DNA of 64,000 bases from a virus (IMGVR_UViG_3300021431_000087:1-64000); one strand, 5' to 3'. Counted from the first letter of the stretch, positions 45,771-54,130 are shown. Notes: a model not told the origin generated them from the letters alone. Translations and numbers: made by a program.

Positions 45771-45838
45771 GAGGATGACAAGAGTTGCACTTGCGTCTTA
45801 CGGATTGTACCGTTAGCGGACTGCCACGCACCATCCTC
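45771..45838 (-). ncRNA. tRNA-like cloverleaf (non-canonical)
   Basis: GAGGATG/CATCCTC 7-bp acceptor, GCG/CGC D-like arm, ACGG-TACAAT-CCGT arm (6-nt loop), GCAAG-TGCAACT-CTTGT T-like arm; no CCA. Confidence 0.55.
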
Positions 45839-45845
45839 GTGTAGG

Positions 45846-47066
45846 TTAATATTTCTTTCTTTCAAAAAGTTCTTCCTTCGTCATCACCTTTTCCCAAGGG
45901 AAGAAAGTCAGTCCGTCCTTCTCGTATGGATTGCGTCCGAAATGCCCGTAGGAAGCGGTCGGCAGATAGATGGGCTTTCTCAATCCTCCGAGCATCTTGT
46001 CTATTCCGTATGGTGAAAGGTCAAAGTGCTCCTTCACGAAATCACCGAGAACTCCTACGCCACCGTTATATGTACCGAAGTCTTCCACATAAACGCTAAC
46101 TGGCTCGGCTACACCTATGGCATAGCCAATCTGAACCTCGCAATTTGAACAGATTCCGTTTGCCACAAGGTTCTTTGCAACATAGCGAGCTGCATAGGCT
46201 GCGCTGCGGTCTACCTTGGACGGGTCTTTCCCCGAGAATGCGCCGCCGCCATGACGAGCCATGCCGCCATAGGTGTCGACAATAATCTTTCTTCCCGTCA
46301 AGCCCGTATCACCTGCTGGGCCGCCCAAGACGAACTTTCCCGTCGGATTGACATGGTATCTTATGTCTTCATTAAACAATCTCAATATACGCTCATCCTT
46401 TATCTTCGTCTTAACATACGGAATAAGTGTTTTTATTACGTCATAGCGAATCTGCTCCTGCATAGCCTTTTCCGAGGCGAACTCATCATGCTGTGTGCTA
46501 ACCACGATAGTATCAATACGTAAAGGATCGTCAAACTCGGAATACTCCACGGTCACCTGTGATTTAGCATCCGGGCGTAAGTATGGCATAAGATTGCCTT
46601 CCTTACGGATTTCAGCCAAACTCTTAACTATAAGCGTAGCTATATAGTGGGCAACTGGCATATAAGTTTCTGTCTCATCCGATGCATAGCCAAAAACGAT
46701 ACCCTGATCGCCCGCACCCTGCATCTTCTCTTCCTCACGGATGACACCCTGATTGATGTCGGGTGACTGCTCATGTATTGCCGTAAGTATTCCGCAGGAG
46801 TTGGCATCGAAGCCGTAGAGAGGATTCGTATATCCTATCGATGCGATTGTCTCCCGTACAACGCTCGGAATATCCACGTACCCCTTGCTGCGCACCTCAC
46901 CTGCTACCACGACCTGCCCTGTCGTCACAAGGGTCTCCACTGCCACATGAGACCGTTCATCCTCCTTGAGGAACGCATCAAGCACCGCATCCGATATCTG
47001 GTCAGCCACCTTGTCTGGATGCCCCTCGGAGACGCTCTCACTCGTAAAATAATATCTCTTTCTCAT
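45846..47066 (-). CDS. metK: S-adenosylmethionine synthetase
   Basis: '[13 protein letters not shown]', 'GAGDQG', 'RPDAKSQVT', '[11 protein letters not shown]', 'GGGAFSGKD', 'YGHFGR'; likely start ATG 47066. Confidence 0.97.
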   Translation of the reverse strand: MRKRYYFTSESVSEGHPDKVADQISDAVLDAFLKEDERSHVAVETLVTTGQVVVAGEVRSKGYVDIPSVVRETIASIGYTNPLYGFDANSCGILTAIHEQSPDINQGVIREEEKMQGAGDQGIVFGYASDETETYMPVAHYIATLIVKSLAEIRKEGNLMPYLRPDAKSQVTVEYSEFDDPLRIDTIVVSTQHDEFASEKAMQEQIRYDVIKTLIPYVKTKIKDERILRLFNEDIRYHVNPTGKFVLGGPAGDTGLTGRKIIVDTYGGMARHGGGAFSGKDPSKVDRSAAYAARYVAKNLVANGICSNCEVQIGYAIGVAEPVSVYVEDFGTYNGGVGVLGDFVKEHFDLSPYGIDKMLGGLRKPIYLPTASYGHFGRNPYEKDGLTFFPWEKVMTKEELFERKKY

Positions 47067-47089
47067 CTGAAAATTTTTTGTTAATGATA

Positions 47090-47168
47090 CAAAGGTACGA
47101 ATAAAAAAAATATTATGCAAATAAATGAATAAAATATTTGGTTAATAAACACTTTTTTAATACTTTTG
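47090..47168. promoter_or_regulatory. Divergent promoters of metK (minus) and portal (plus) with 17-bp box
   Basis: Minus strand TACCTTTG 47097-47090; plus strand TATTTGGTTAATAAACA 47135-47151 and TACTTTTG 47161-47168. Confidence 0.7.
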
Positions 47169-47196
47169 CGCAAAAGTTGCGCAATTCTAAGGAATC

Positions 47197-48636
47197 ATGA
47201 TAGATATAAAAGAAATCCTCAGCGGTGATAATATAACGGACATTATTGCCTCTCTCAAGGAAAGGACGACACCTCCGCATTTTTGGGCGAAGCTGCGTCA
47301 GGACTATGAGCCGTCCGAGCATAAGATTGTCCACGACATGCAGGGACGGAAGGACAAGATTCACTCCGACGGCACGAAGGATAAGGCGGCAAGGCTTGCC
47401 ATCGGGCTTGAAAGGCTTCTTACGAAACGTATGAACGAGTTCACTTTCGCCATTCCCGTAAAGAGGAACTACGTGGGTGACGACACGGACGAGAAAAAGA
47501 ATATAGTAAAGGCCATCGAGCGCATATACCAGGTGGCGCACATCGACTCGGAGAACAAAAAGCGTGGGCTTGCCTATTACGCAAGCTGCGAGGCGCTTAC
47601 GATATGGTACACGAAGAAGGAAAGACACCACCTCTACGGTTTCCCGTGCAACTACAAGCTTAAGTGCAAGACCTTCTCCCCGATGACAGGCGTGCAGCTT
47701 TGGCCGCTCATTGACGAAAAAGGCGAGATGTACGCCATGTCCTTCGAATACACGAGGAAGGTGAAGGACTCCATAACGACCTTCTTCGAGACCTTCACAG
47801 CCGACAAACATTACATCTGGAAGAAAAGCGAGAGCACGGAGTGGGAGGCGGTCACGGAAGGCGAGGAGATAAGCATAGGCAAAATCCCAGGCATCTACAT
47901 CTACCGCTACAGTCCCGTATGGGAAGGACTGACGGACATTCGTGAGGAGATAGAGTACGCCCTTTCACGCCATTCCGACATCCTCGCCTACAACAGCGCC
48001 CCGATACTCAAAGTGGCGGGCACCATCGTCGGCGAAGAGGCGAAGGGAGAAACAAGACGTATCTACCGTGTCACGGAAGGAGGCGACGTCTCCTACGTTT
48101 CATGGGCGCAGAGCAACCAAGCACTCGAATACTACATCAGCACCCTCCTTAACATGTTCTTCATGCAGGCACAGATGCCCGACATATCCTTCTCCACGAT
48201 GTCGCGCCTCGGCAACATAGGGTACGATGCGAGGAAGACGCTCCTTACGGACGCTCACCTCAAAATTGGCGACGAAAGTGGTGCTTGGATCGAATTCCTC
48301 GAGAGGGAGAACAGCATTATCAAGGCTTTCTTGAAGAAGCTCAACGTCGGTTTTAAGGAAGAAGACATCGAATCCATCCTTATCGAGAATATCATCACAC
48401 CATTCATACAGGAAGACGAGATGCAGAATATCCAGAAATGGAGACTCGCAGGAGGGGACACTCCGCTCGTATCACCTCTCGAGGCCATCGAGAACGCAGG
48501 GCTCTCGGAAGACCCGCAGGCTACATTCGCACAGATTATGGCCATGCAGGCGGCGCAGCAGGCAATGAGCGAACCGGCCGCTGCAACGGAGATCGCACCG
48601 AAAACGGAAACAACAAACAATCAAGAAAATATATGA
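47197..48636 (+). CDS. Portal protein (SPP1 gp6-like)
   Basis: 479 aa; 'RMNEFTFAIPVKR', 'GKIPGIY', 'SDILAYNSAPIL', 'YVSWAQ', 'QMPDISF'. Confidence 0.88.
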   Translation: MIDIKEILSGDNITDIIASLKERTTPPHFWAKLRQDYEPSEHKIVHDMQGRKDKIHSDGTKDKAARLAIGLERLLTKRMNEFTFAIPVKRNYVGDDTDEKKNIVKAIERIYQVAHIDSENKKRGLAYYASCEALTIWYTKKERHHLYGFPCNYKLKCKTFSPMTGVQLWPLIDEKGEMYAMSFEYTRKVKDSITTFFETFTADKHYIWKKSESTEWEAVTEGEEISIGKIPGIYIYRYSPVWEGLTDIREEIEYALSRHSDILAYNSAPILKVAGTIVGEEAKGETRRIYRVTEGGDVSYVSWAQSNQALEYYISTLLNMFFMQAQMPDISFSTMSRLGNIGYDARKTLLTDAHLKIGDESGAWIEFLERENSIIKAFLKKLNVGFKEEDIESILIENIITPFIQEDEMQNIQKWRLAGGDTPLVSPLEAIENAGLSEDPQATFAQIMAMQAAQQAMSEPAAATEIAPKTETTNNQENI

Positions 48637-48977
48637 AAAAGAAAATCTCACGATTCCTCCTAAAACTTGCAAGACGCATAGACCGTTCCGTTGTCTTTGA
48701 GGACATTCCTACCGCAAGAGAACTTGGCCTTTGCATACACATCGCCAAGAATGACGTGCGCAGTTTCAGGAAGGAACACCCCGAAGTCAAATCACACAGG
48801 GAGGGGCTGCGGCTGCTTGTCGAGGAAGCGAAATGGCAGGTCGCAGGTGCTATCGGACGTGCCTTCGTCAAGAAAGGCATTATTGATTATGACGTAAAGA
48901 AGACTAACTTTGTCGCAGACGTGACGGGAACAGTTTTTATCTATGGCGGCGAAGAAAAGGAAAGCGCAGGTAACTGA
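48633..48977 (+). CDS. Hypothetical protein
   Basis: Start ATG 48633 (MKKKISRFLL) is ATGA-coupled to the portal stop. Confidence 0.65.
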   Translation: MKKKISRFLLKLARRIDRSVVFEDIPTARELGLCIHIAKNDVRSFRKEHPEVKSHREGLRLLVEEAKWQVAGAIGRAFVKKGIIDYDVKKTNFVADVTGTVFIYGGEEKESAGN

Positions 48978-49149
48978 GGAATCTCACACATGCCGAGAAT
49001 GTGCCTATTGCACGGAGGTAACCTTGTTTCACACACTTAGCGTCAAGGGTATGCCGACCATGGGGACATGCCCATACTGGAAACAATCAAAATGCGTCCT
49101 TCTTAGCCAGAAGAGCTGCCAACACTTCAAAGGAAAGGTCATCACATAA
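48943..49149 (+). CDS. Small Cys-rich (zinc-binding) protein
   Basis: CRECAYC...CPY...CQHF. Confidence 0.65.
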   Translation: MAAKKRKAQVTEESHTCRECAYCTEVTLFHTLSVKGMPTMGTCPYWKQSKCVLLSQKSCQHFKGKVIT

Positions 49150-49166
49150 ATGATGGCCTCTTTTTT

Positions 49167-49376
49167 TTATATCCTCATTTTCTTTAGCGTCTCATACTCT
49201 TTTCGGTCATCTATGCGCCAAAGGAAATTATCCCCATCTTCCGCATATCCCGCATCCTCATCCCACGACATGACGTCTTGGCAGCGCGACAGACACTCCT
49301 GCAACATATCCCATTCTCCCTGCGTCAGTCCTATAATTGTAACCGTTCCGTTCTTGTTGAACTTTGTCCTTGCCAT
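49167..49376 (-). CDS. Hypothetical protein
   Basis: 69 aa, operon packing. Confidence 0.55.
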   Translation of the reverse strand: MARTKFNKNGTVTIIGLTQGEWDMLQECLSRCQDVMSWDEDAGYAEDGDNFLWRIDDRKEYETLKKMRI

Positions 49377-49382
49377 GGCATG

Positions 49383-49640
49383 TCATTTTATTTCATTTGA
49401 TTTGCAAACCAACACATCACCTACAATGGTGTCACGCATGATAAGCATCGATGCCGTCATGTTGATAGGAAGACCGTATACCTTACCCTCCTCGTTGACC
49501 ACCATAAAATGCTCATCATCCATGCGAACTATCTCTATGTACCCTCCGACAAAGCCTTGCAGCTCCTCCAGGGAAAAGTCCGTGCCGTTCTTCGGCTGAA
49601 CTTCTATTCTTTCACCGTTAGTTTTTATCCAGTCTGCCAT
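49383..49640 (-). CDS. DUF3846 domain protein
   Basis: 'LEELQGFVGGYIE...VNEEGK..LPIN..AS...IVGDVLV'. Confidence 0.8.
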   Translation of the reverse strand: MADWIKTNGERIEVQPKNGTDFSLEELQGFVGGYIEIVRMDDEHFMVVNEEGKVYGLPINMTASMLIMRDTIVGDVLVCKSNEIK

Positions 49641-49645
49641 ATATT

Positions 49646-50056
49646 TTAAAAATCTTCAAAACTCATAGAATAAACTTTATAAGGTTTCTCCAGTTCAGAA
49701 TTAAGTTTTTCAATTAATTCATTTACATCCGTTTCTGGTTTTACTTTCAGTTCAACGCTTAGACGTATCTTTTCATATTCACGACTTACTTTACCCGATA
49801 TCTCGTCCCAAATAAGGTGTTCTTTCTTAAGAACGTCAAAGAACTGCTTCTTTTCCTCTTCGGAAGCAATTGTTATATGTTCGTTGAAAGAAAACTTGTG
49901 AGGACGGATTTGTGGATTGTCATAATCAGAGTTATATATAAAATATTCACCAACTATGTAGTAGTAATCTTTTTCCTTGCCAGTTAGGCTATCGTACCAT
50001 GTTTCTTTAAGAACGGTGCCTACTTCTAAAGGCTTCTCTAAATATTCATTCTTCAT
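49646..50056 (-). CDS. Hypothetical protein
   Basis: 136 aa; 'ASEEEKKQFFDVLKKEHLIWD'. Confidence 0.65.
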   Translation of the reverse strand: MKNEYLEKPLEVGTVLKETWYDSLTGKEKDYYYIVGEYFIYNSDYDNPQIRPHKFSFNEHITIASEEEKKQFFDVLKKEHLIWDEISGKVSREYEKIRLSVELKVKPETDVNELIEKLNSELEKPYKVYSMSFEDF

Positions 50057-50074
50057 AAATTTAACACTTTATAG

Positions 50075-50392
50075 TTAATCGGTTGGAGGAAATACCCAAT
50101 CCTTAAATCTTACCACAACCCCAGGGTGCTCTTCAAAATCCTCGTTCGGTTCAAACTGAAGGAAATCGCCATACAAGACGGCCTCGCGTATCTTGTCCTC
50201 GTTGCAACCACTCTTTATGAACACTTCCCTATCCCAATACAAGCAGTAATGAGGATATCCAGAACGGCTGTTGCACATATCTGCAATCAGCGCATTCAGC
50301 TTATCCCTATCCTCTTCGTTCTTTATGGGAATAAGTGAATTTAACTGCTCACACAAAGCGTTCATGCTACTTAGATAAGCTTGTTCTTTCAT
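50075..50392 (-). CDS. Hypothetical protein
   Basis: 105 aa, operon packing. Confidence 0.6.
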   Translation of the reverse strand: MKEQAYLSSMNALCEQLNSLIPIKNEEDRDKLNALIADMCNSRSGYPHYCLYWDREVFIKSGCNEDKIREAVLYGDFLQFEPNEDFEEHPGVVVRFKDWVFPPTD

Positions 50393-50394
50393 AA

Positions 50395-50535
50395 CTACAC
50401 ACTTTCAAAGTCTTCTTTACATGCCATTTGGTAAGGTTCTACGAAACCGTTGCCACAACCGCAAATCCAGTCGTCACCATCCTTTGATAGGTAAATACAC
50501 TGGCTACAAAGACGTATTTTCTTTTTCTTTGCCAT
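50395..50535 (-). CDS. Small Cys-rich protein (46 aa, below ORF-track cutoff)
   Basis: MAKKKKIRLCSQCIYLSKDGDDWICGCGNGFVEPYQMACKEDFESV. Confidence 0.55.
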   Translation of the reverse strand: MAKKKKIRLCSQCIYLSKDGDDWICGCGNGFVEPYQMACKEDFESV

Positions 50536-50629
50536 ATTCTTTCGATTTTAGCCCCTCTGTCGGCTTTTCACCTCGAAGGTGGTATAGTTGCCCGCCTGCG
50601 AGGTAAAAAGCCGTTAGAAGCGGCGATAT

Positions 50630-51037
50630 TTAATTGTAAAGCCCCATCTTCTTGAACTTTTTGTGGACAGCTTGAGCGATTTCGTTCAGCTCAAAAGCCC
50701 TTGATGCATCCTCGCCCGTAGCCCTTGCGTACACATATGGTGCGCTTGAACTGTAGTTCGGATCGTAGAGATTCTCTATGTAGATTTCGGCATAATCCTT
50801 GCCGCAGTGCTCTACGGCATACTTGTTAGCCTCGTAGAGGGACTTTGCCTCCGCATAGGTCAGTCCTTTGCCAAGGCATGTTTCATTCGGTGTAACACCT
50901 CTGCGAACGTCGCGTTCGTTGAAGGTATCGGCATACACGAACCAACCACGATTGTAGGTCTTGCTGTTGAATACCTTGTGGCAGAAAGCGTCCCAATCTT
51001 GCCATGAATTAATGCTGTTTACGATGTTCTGTACCAT
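50630..51037 (-). CDS. Hypothetical protein
   Basis: 135 aa with its own promoter and leader. Confidence 0.65.
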   Translation of the reverse strand: MVQNIVNSINSWQDWDAFCHKVFNSKTYNRGWFVYADTFNERDVRRGVTPNETCLGKGLTYAEAKSLYEANKYAVEHCGKDYAEIYIENLYDPNYSSSAPYVYARATGEDASRAFELNEIAQAVHKKFKKMGLYN

Positions 51038-51070
51038 ACTCTCTTACGCTTTATCCGTGTCGCGCCCAAC

Positions 51071-51162
51071 TTCTAAGGATTGCCTTCATTATTGAAGGTA
51101 CCGCAAAGGTAAACTATCCTTATCAAAAATGCAACTCTTTTATCTTTACATAGCAAAAGATA
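51071..51162 (-). promoter_or_regulatory. Promoter plus conserved leader (copy 2)
   Basis: TACCTTTG, hairpin TACCTTCA/TGAAGGCA, then ATCCTTAGAA. Confidence 0.55.
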
Positions 51163-51177
51163 GCTTTGTTTATCATG

Positions 51178-51516
51178 TCACCATGACGACACCCCATACT
51201 TCTCCGCAAGCACCTCACCAAGCTTCCCGACAAGACCACCCCCGACGAGCCTCAAAGCTCGAAAGCCGTTGCTTCCGATACGCACCAACTGCCCGACGGT
51301 GTGAATATCGTTCTCCATGCAGCGGTTGCGGAAACGAACGGCAGACATCCCGAGATACTGCTCAATCTCTCCTACCTTGATACTATCAAGGTCTATCTCT
51401 TCTTTTGTATCCTTCACACCACACACCCAAGAGTACATCATCTTTACAGTCTCAATGGAAGAGCCGCTCATAATAGCAGCCTTCGCAAGTTCCACTCTTA
51501 TTTCCTTGTCTGTCAT
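51178..51516 (-). CDS. RNA polymerase alpha-CTD-like domain protein
   Basis: 'SAVRFRNRCMENDIHTVGQLVRIG...LRLVGGGLVGKLGEVL' follows the alpha-CTD pattern. Confidence 0.65.
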   Translation of the reverse strand: MTDKEIRVELAKAAIMSGSSIETVKMMYSWVCGVKDTKEEIDLDSIKVGEIEQYLGMSAVRFRNRCMENDIHTVGQLVRIGSNGFRALRLVGGGLVGKLGEVLAEKYGVSSW

Positions 51517-51520
51517 TTTG

Positions 51521-51649
51521 TTACAAATTTAATACATATATAAACAATTTCATTCCACCGACCGTTACAATAAGCGTCAGCCAAAATAACACAACGACGA
51601 ACAGACATCCGCAGCAGCCTGTCTCGTCTTTGATTCGTATTTTATCCAT
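51521..51649 (-). CDS. Small membrane peptide (42 aa)
   Basis: MDKIRIKDETGCCGCLFVVVLFWLTLIVTVGGMKLFIYVLNL. Confidence 0.5.
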   Translation of the reverse strand: MDKIRIKDETGCCGCLFVVVLFWLTLIVTVGGMKLFIYVLNL

Positions 51650-51818
51650 TCATTTCCTCCTTTATTGTTTTAAGTCCTTTTGCAAACTTTTTTTATTTTC
51701 AGCTTTAGCTCTTGAAATTCCATTTCATAGGCTCTTTCAAAAGCCTCACAAAATTCATCAGCAGCCTTCATACCCTCATTCAGAGCATCGCACATTTCTT
51801 CCACTAATTGGTCTTCGT

Positions 51819-52589
51819 TCATTTTACTATTGCGTCTACTTGTTTCTTTACTTTTTTCACGTACCCCTTCGTCATTTCTATGAAATGTATATGTTCCATC
51901 TTCGATAGCGCATAAATGAGCAGTGGGTTATGCACCACGGCAATCATCTGCGTATGCGGTTTGTGGAACGAAAGGATTCCATTTATCTGCTCGATATTGT
52001 CAAGCGAGAGATTCCTGTCTGGCTCGTCCATCATGATAGTCCACTCGTCTGCGCATTCCACCCGATGTCTCTCCACGTAGTCCACATACAGCGGATAGAC
52101 ATCCTTGAACTGATTATAGTCAAAGGCCAACTTTGCTTTCTTTCCGAAGATGTAGCCGAACAGATAGTTGATGGCTACAAGGACACCCTCGCCCGTTGAA
52201 GACTGCTTTTGGTCGAAGAAAGAGCCGAACTCCTCAAAGGTCTTCAACGCCTCGTTCTGTGCTTTCTCGCCTGCATGAGAGAGACGGAACGTATTCTTGG
52301 TGTAGTCGGCATACACATCCACACCGTCAAGTATAGCATCATTGTTAAATGTCTTGAAGAGGGCATTGATGTTGCAATTGTATTCGCCACGGAAGCACTC
52401 TGTATAGTCCACGATAAGATATTTTTTGATTAGCTCCATCAGCGTTGTCTTACCGCTTCCATTCTCGCCAACGATAATATTTACTCCAGGCGTGAAATCA
52501 TACTCCTTCCCGTTCTTGAAAGCCTTCAAGTCCGCAATATAGCGGATGGGGCTTTTAGTGTTGTCACGGATAACTACTTTTGTTACCAT
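51819..52589 (-). CDS. Stand-alone ABC-type ATPase
   Basis: Walker A GENGSGKTT, signature-like SSTGEG, Walker B 'MMDEPD', H-loop 'VVHNP'. Confidence 0.8.
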   Translation of the reverse strand: MVTKVVIRDNTKSPIRYIADLKAFKNGKEYDFTPGVNIIVGENGSGKTTLMELIKKYLIVDYTECFRGEYNCNINALFKTFNNDAILDGVDVYADYTKNTFRLSHAGEKAQNEALKTFEEFGSFFDQKQSSTGEGVLVAINYLFGYIFGKKAKLAFDYNQFKDVYPLYVDYVERHRVECADEWTIMMDEPDRNLSLDNIEQINGILSFHKPHTQMIAVVHNPLLIYALSKMEHIHFIEMTKGYVKKVKKQVDAIVK

Positions 52590-52590
52590 C

Positions 52591-52905
52591 TTAATCTTTT
52601 GTTAGTTTCAACATCACCGATGCGAGTGCCTGAACAGCATGGTCGTTATACCATTTGCGAGCTTTCATTTGGCACTCTTCCTTGCTGTCCCCACTTAAAT
52701 AATCGCTTTCAATAATGGTTACAGAGTCATGTGGCTCATACAATTCATGTTCCTTTTCTAAGTACACACCGCTGCAAAGACGAATATGACACTTACACGT
52801 ATTATCCGGCCAATATCTTGTATCGCAACTGACAAACGGGAAGTCCAAGTCCATCTTTCCGCTACAATCCTCGGTCCATACTGCATTTCTTGTTATGTCT
52901 ATCAT
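52591..52905 (-). CDS. Hypothetical protein
   Basis: Likely start 52905 (MIDITRNAVW), ATGA-coupled. Confidence 0.6.
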   Translation of the reverse strand: MIDITRNAVWTEDCSGKMDLDFPFVSCDTRYWPDNTCKCHIRLCSGVYLEKEHELYEPHDSVTIIESDYLSGDSKEECQMKARKWYNDHAVQALASVMLKLTKD

Positions 52906-53111
52906 TTTACTTTTTCCTTCTTTGAATTGCATGAACAACTCTCGGCATGGACTATTCCGCATTTGTAAGACCCGTCAAAGATTACATAGTCATGACCTTT
53001 CACGTTAACAATAAAGACCTCTGAAGCACCGTATCTTACCTCAGGTTTCTTGTATTTGTATTCGCAACCAGTCACAAAAAAAACCAATGTTATTAATAAA
53101 AGTTTTTTCAT
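52902..53111 (-). CDS. Small putative lipoprotein
   Basis: MKKLLLITLVFFVTGC lipobox; 'GHDYVIF...IVHAESCSC'. Confidence 0.65.
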   Translation of the reverse strand: MKKLLLITLVFFVTGCEYKYKKPEVRYGASEVFIVNVKGHDYVIFDGSYKCGIVHAESCSCNSKKEKVK

Positions 53112-53362
53112 AACGTTTCTATTTCATTTAACAGGTTGCTGATTTCTTCTTCTATCTCTGCACGAATCATGGTGTCGTGCTTGTCGAGCAGCTCGCTGAT
53201 GTAGCGCATGACCCACTCTGTAGTCAGTCGCCAGTCGCTGTTGCCATTTTCGGCATACCATAGACGGTGATCTCTGGTGCCTTCGATTTCCTTCTTTACC
53301 TTTTCGAGTTCATTCAGGCGCTCATGTATCTGAACGGCTCTTTTGTATTGTTCGTCTGTCAT
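53108..53362 (-). CDS. Hypothetical coiled-coil protein
   Basis: 84 aa, coupled to neighbours. Confidence 0.6.
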   Translation of the reverse strand: MTDEQYKRAVQIHERLNELEKVKKEIEGTRDHRLWYAENGNSDWRLTTEWVMRYISELLDKHDTMIRAEIEEEISNLLNEIETL

Positions 53363-53390
53363 AATTTATTCCTTTTTTTGCTTTTTCATA

Positions 53391-54110
53391 TTATAAATAC
53401 CTTTCAGTCTGATAACCTCTCACGCAGACGGAGTTATCGCGCTTGTTGATATAGATGCCCGTCTTCCACGGGGTAATGCTACCGATTCGGTCATGTGGCA
53501 CACCTGCCTGCTCCAGCAAACTGCCTAATGCATCGTTGGGACCATAGTCGCTGTAGGGCTCTATTTTCATCTTTCCATACTTTTCATCCTCATAGATACA
53601 CCCACCAAGGTAGTATTCCTTGCAGAGCTTGCGGAACTTCTCTACGGTATCATCACCGATGCCGCTGCTTGCCTTATCCTTGACAAGCGTTCCAAGCATC
53701 ATTGCTATACAGCCGTTCTCAGAACGGTCACCGTTATTCTGAATATGGTTACCAAAAATCATCCTCGTCCACTCGTCGGCAGCCATCTGGCAGGATTCCT
53801 CGAAGGTGTGTACATATCCGTGCTGGGCGATGAACTCCGTCTCGAAGGTTATCAGCCACTCCTTGAAAGGTGATACCACGCCTTTCAGAATGTCGCCCCA
53901 GAAATACGCTCCGTAGGCCACGCGCTCGGGGTCGTCGTCCTTCAGTCCGCGCTGATACGGCCACAGTTCGTGCGCCTTGTGGTAAACCTTGTCGCTGGCT
54001 TCGGCATAGAACCGTTCCTCCGTCATGGCCTTGGTGATACACTCCGCGATGTCCTCGCGCTTAATTTTCTCACATTCGGGAAATGTCTGAATCAATTCTT
54101 CTATTGTCAT
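53391..54110 (-). CDS. Hypothetical protein
   Basis: 239-aa ORF with normal composition. Confidence 0.7.
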   Translation of the reverse strand: MTIEELIQTFPECEKIKREDIAECITKAMTEERFYAEASDKVYHKAHELWPYQRGLKDDDPERVAYGAYFWGDILKGVVSPFKEWLITFETEFIAQHGYVHTFEESCQMAADEWTRMIFGNHIQNNGDRSENGCIAMMLGTLVKDKASSGIGDDTVEKFRKLCKEYYLGGCIYEDEKYGKMKIEPYSDYGPNDALGSLLEQAGVPHDRIGSITPWKTGIYINKRDNSVCVRGYQTERYL

Positions 54111-54130
54111 AGTTCCTTCCGTTATTTTTC

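Noticed and set aside
44524-47066. Host chromosome fragment or prophage boundary at metK/mtnN
   Set aside because: The genes are interleaved with phage-type ORFs (DUF551-like, Myb repeat) and flanked by head genes on both sides.
47113-47811. 232-aa minus-strand ORF and similar long antisense ORFs (5250-5924, 16838-17641, 37837-38520, 59650-60303)
   Set aside because: They are shadows of well-supported genes on the opposite strand and show no motifs.
47197-49149. Actively invertible segment carrying the portal
   Set aside because: No flanking inverted repeats or dedicated invertase were seen.
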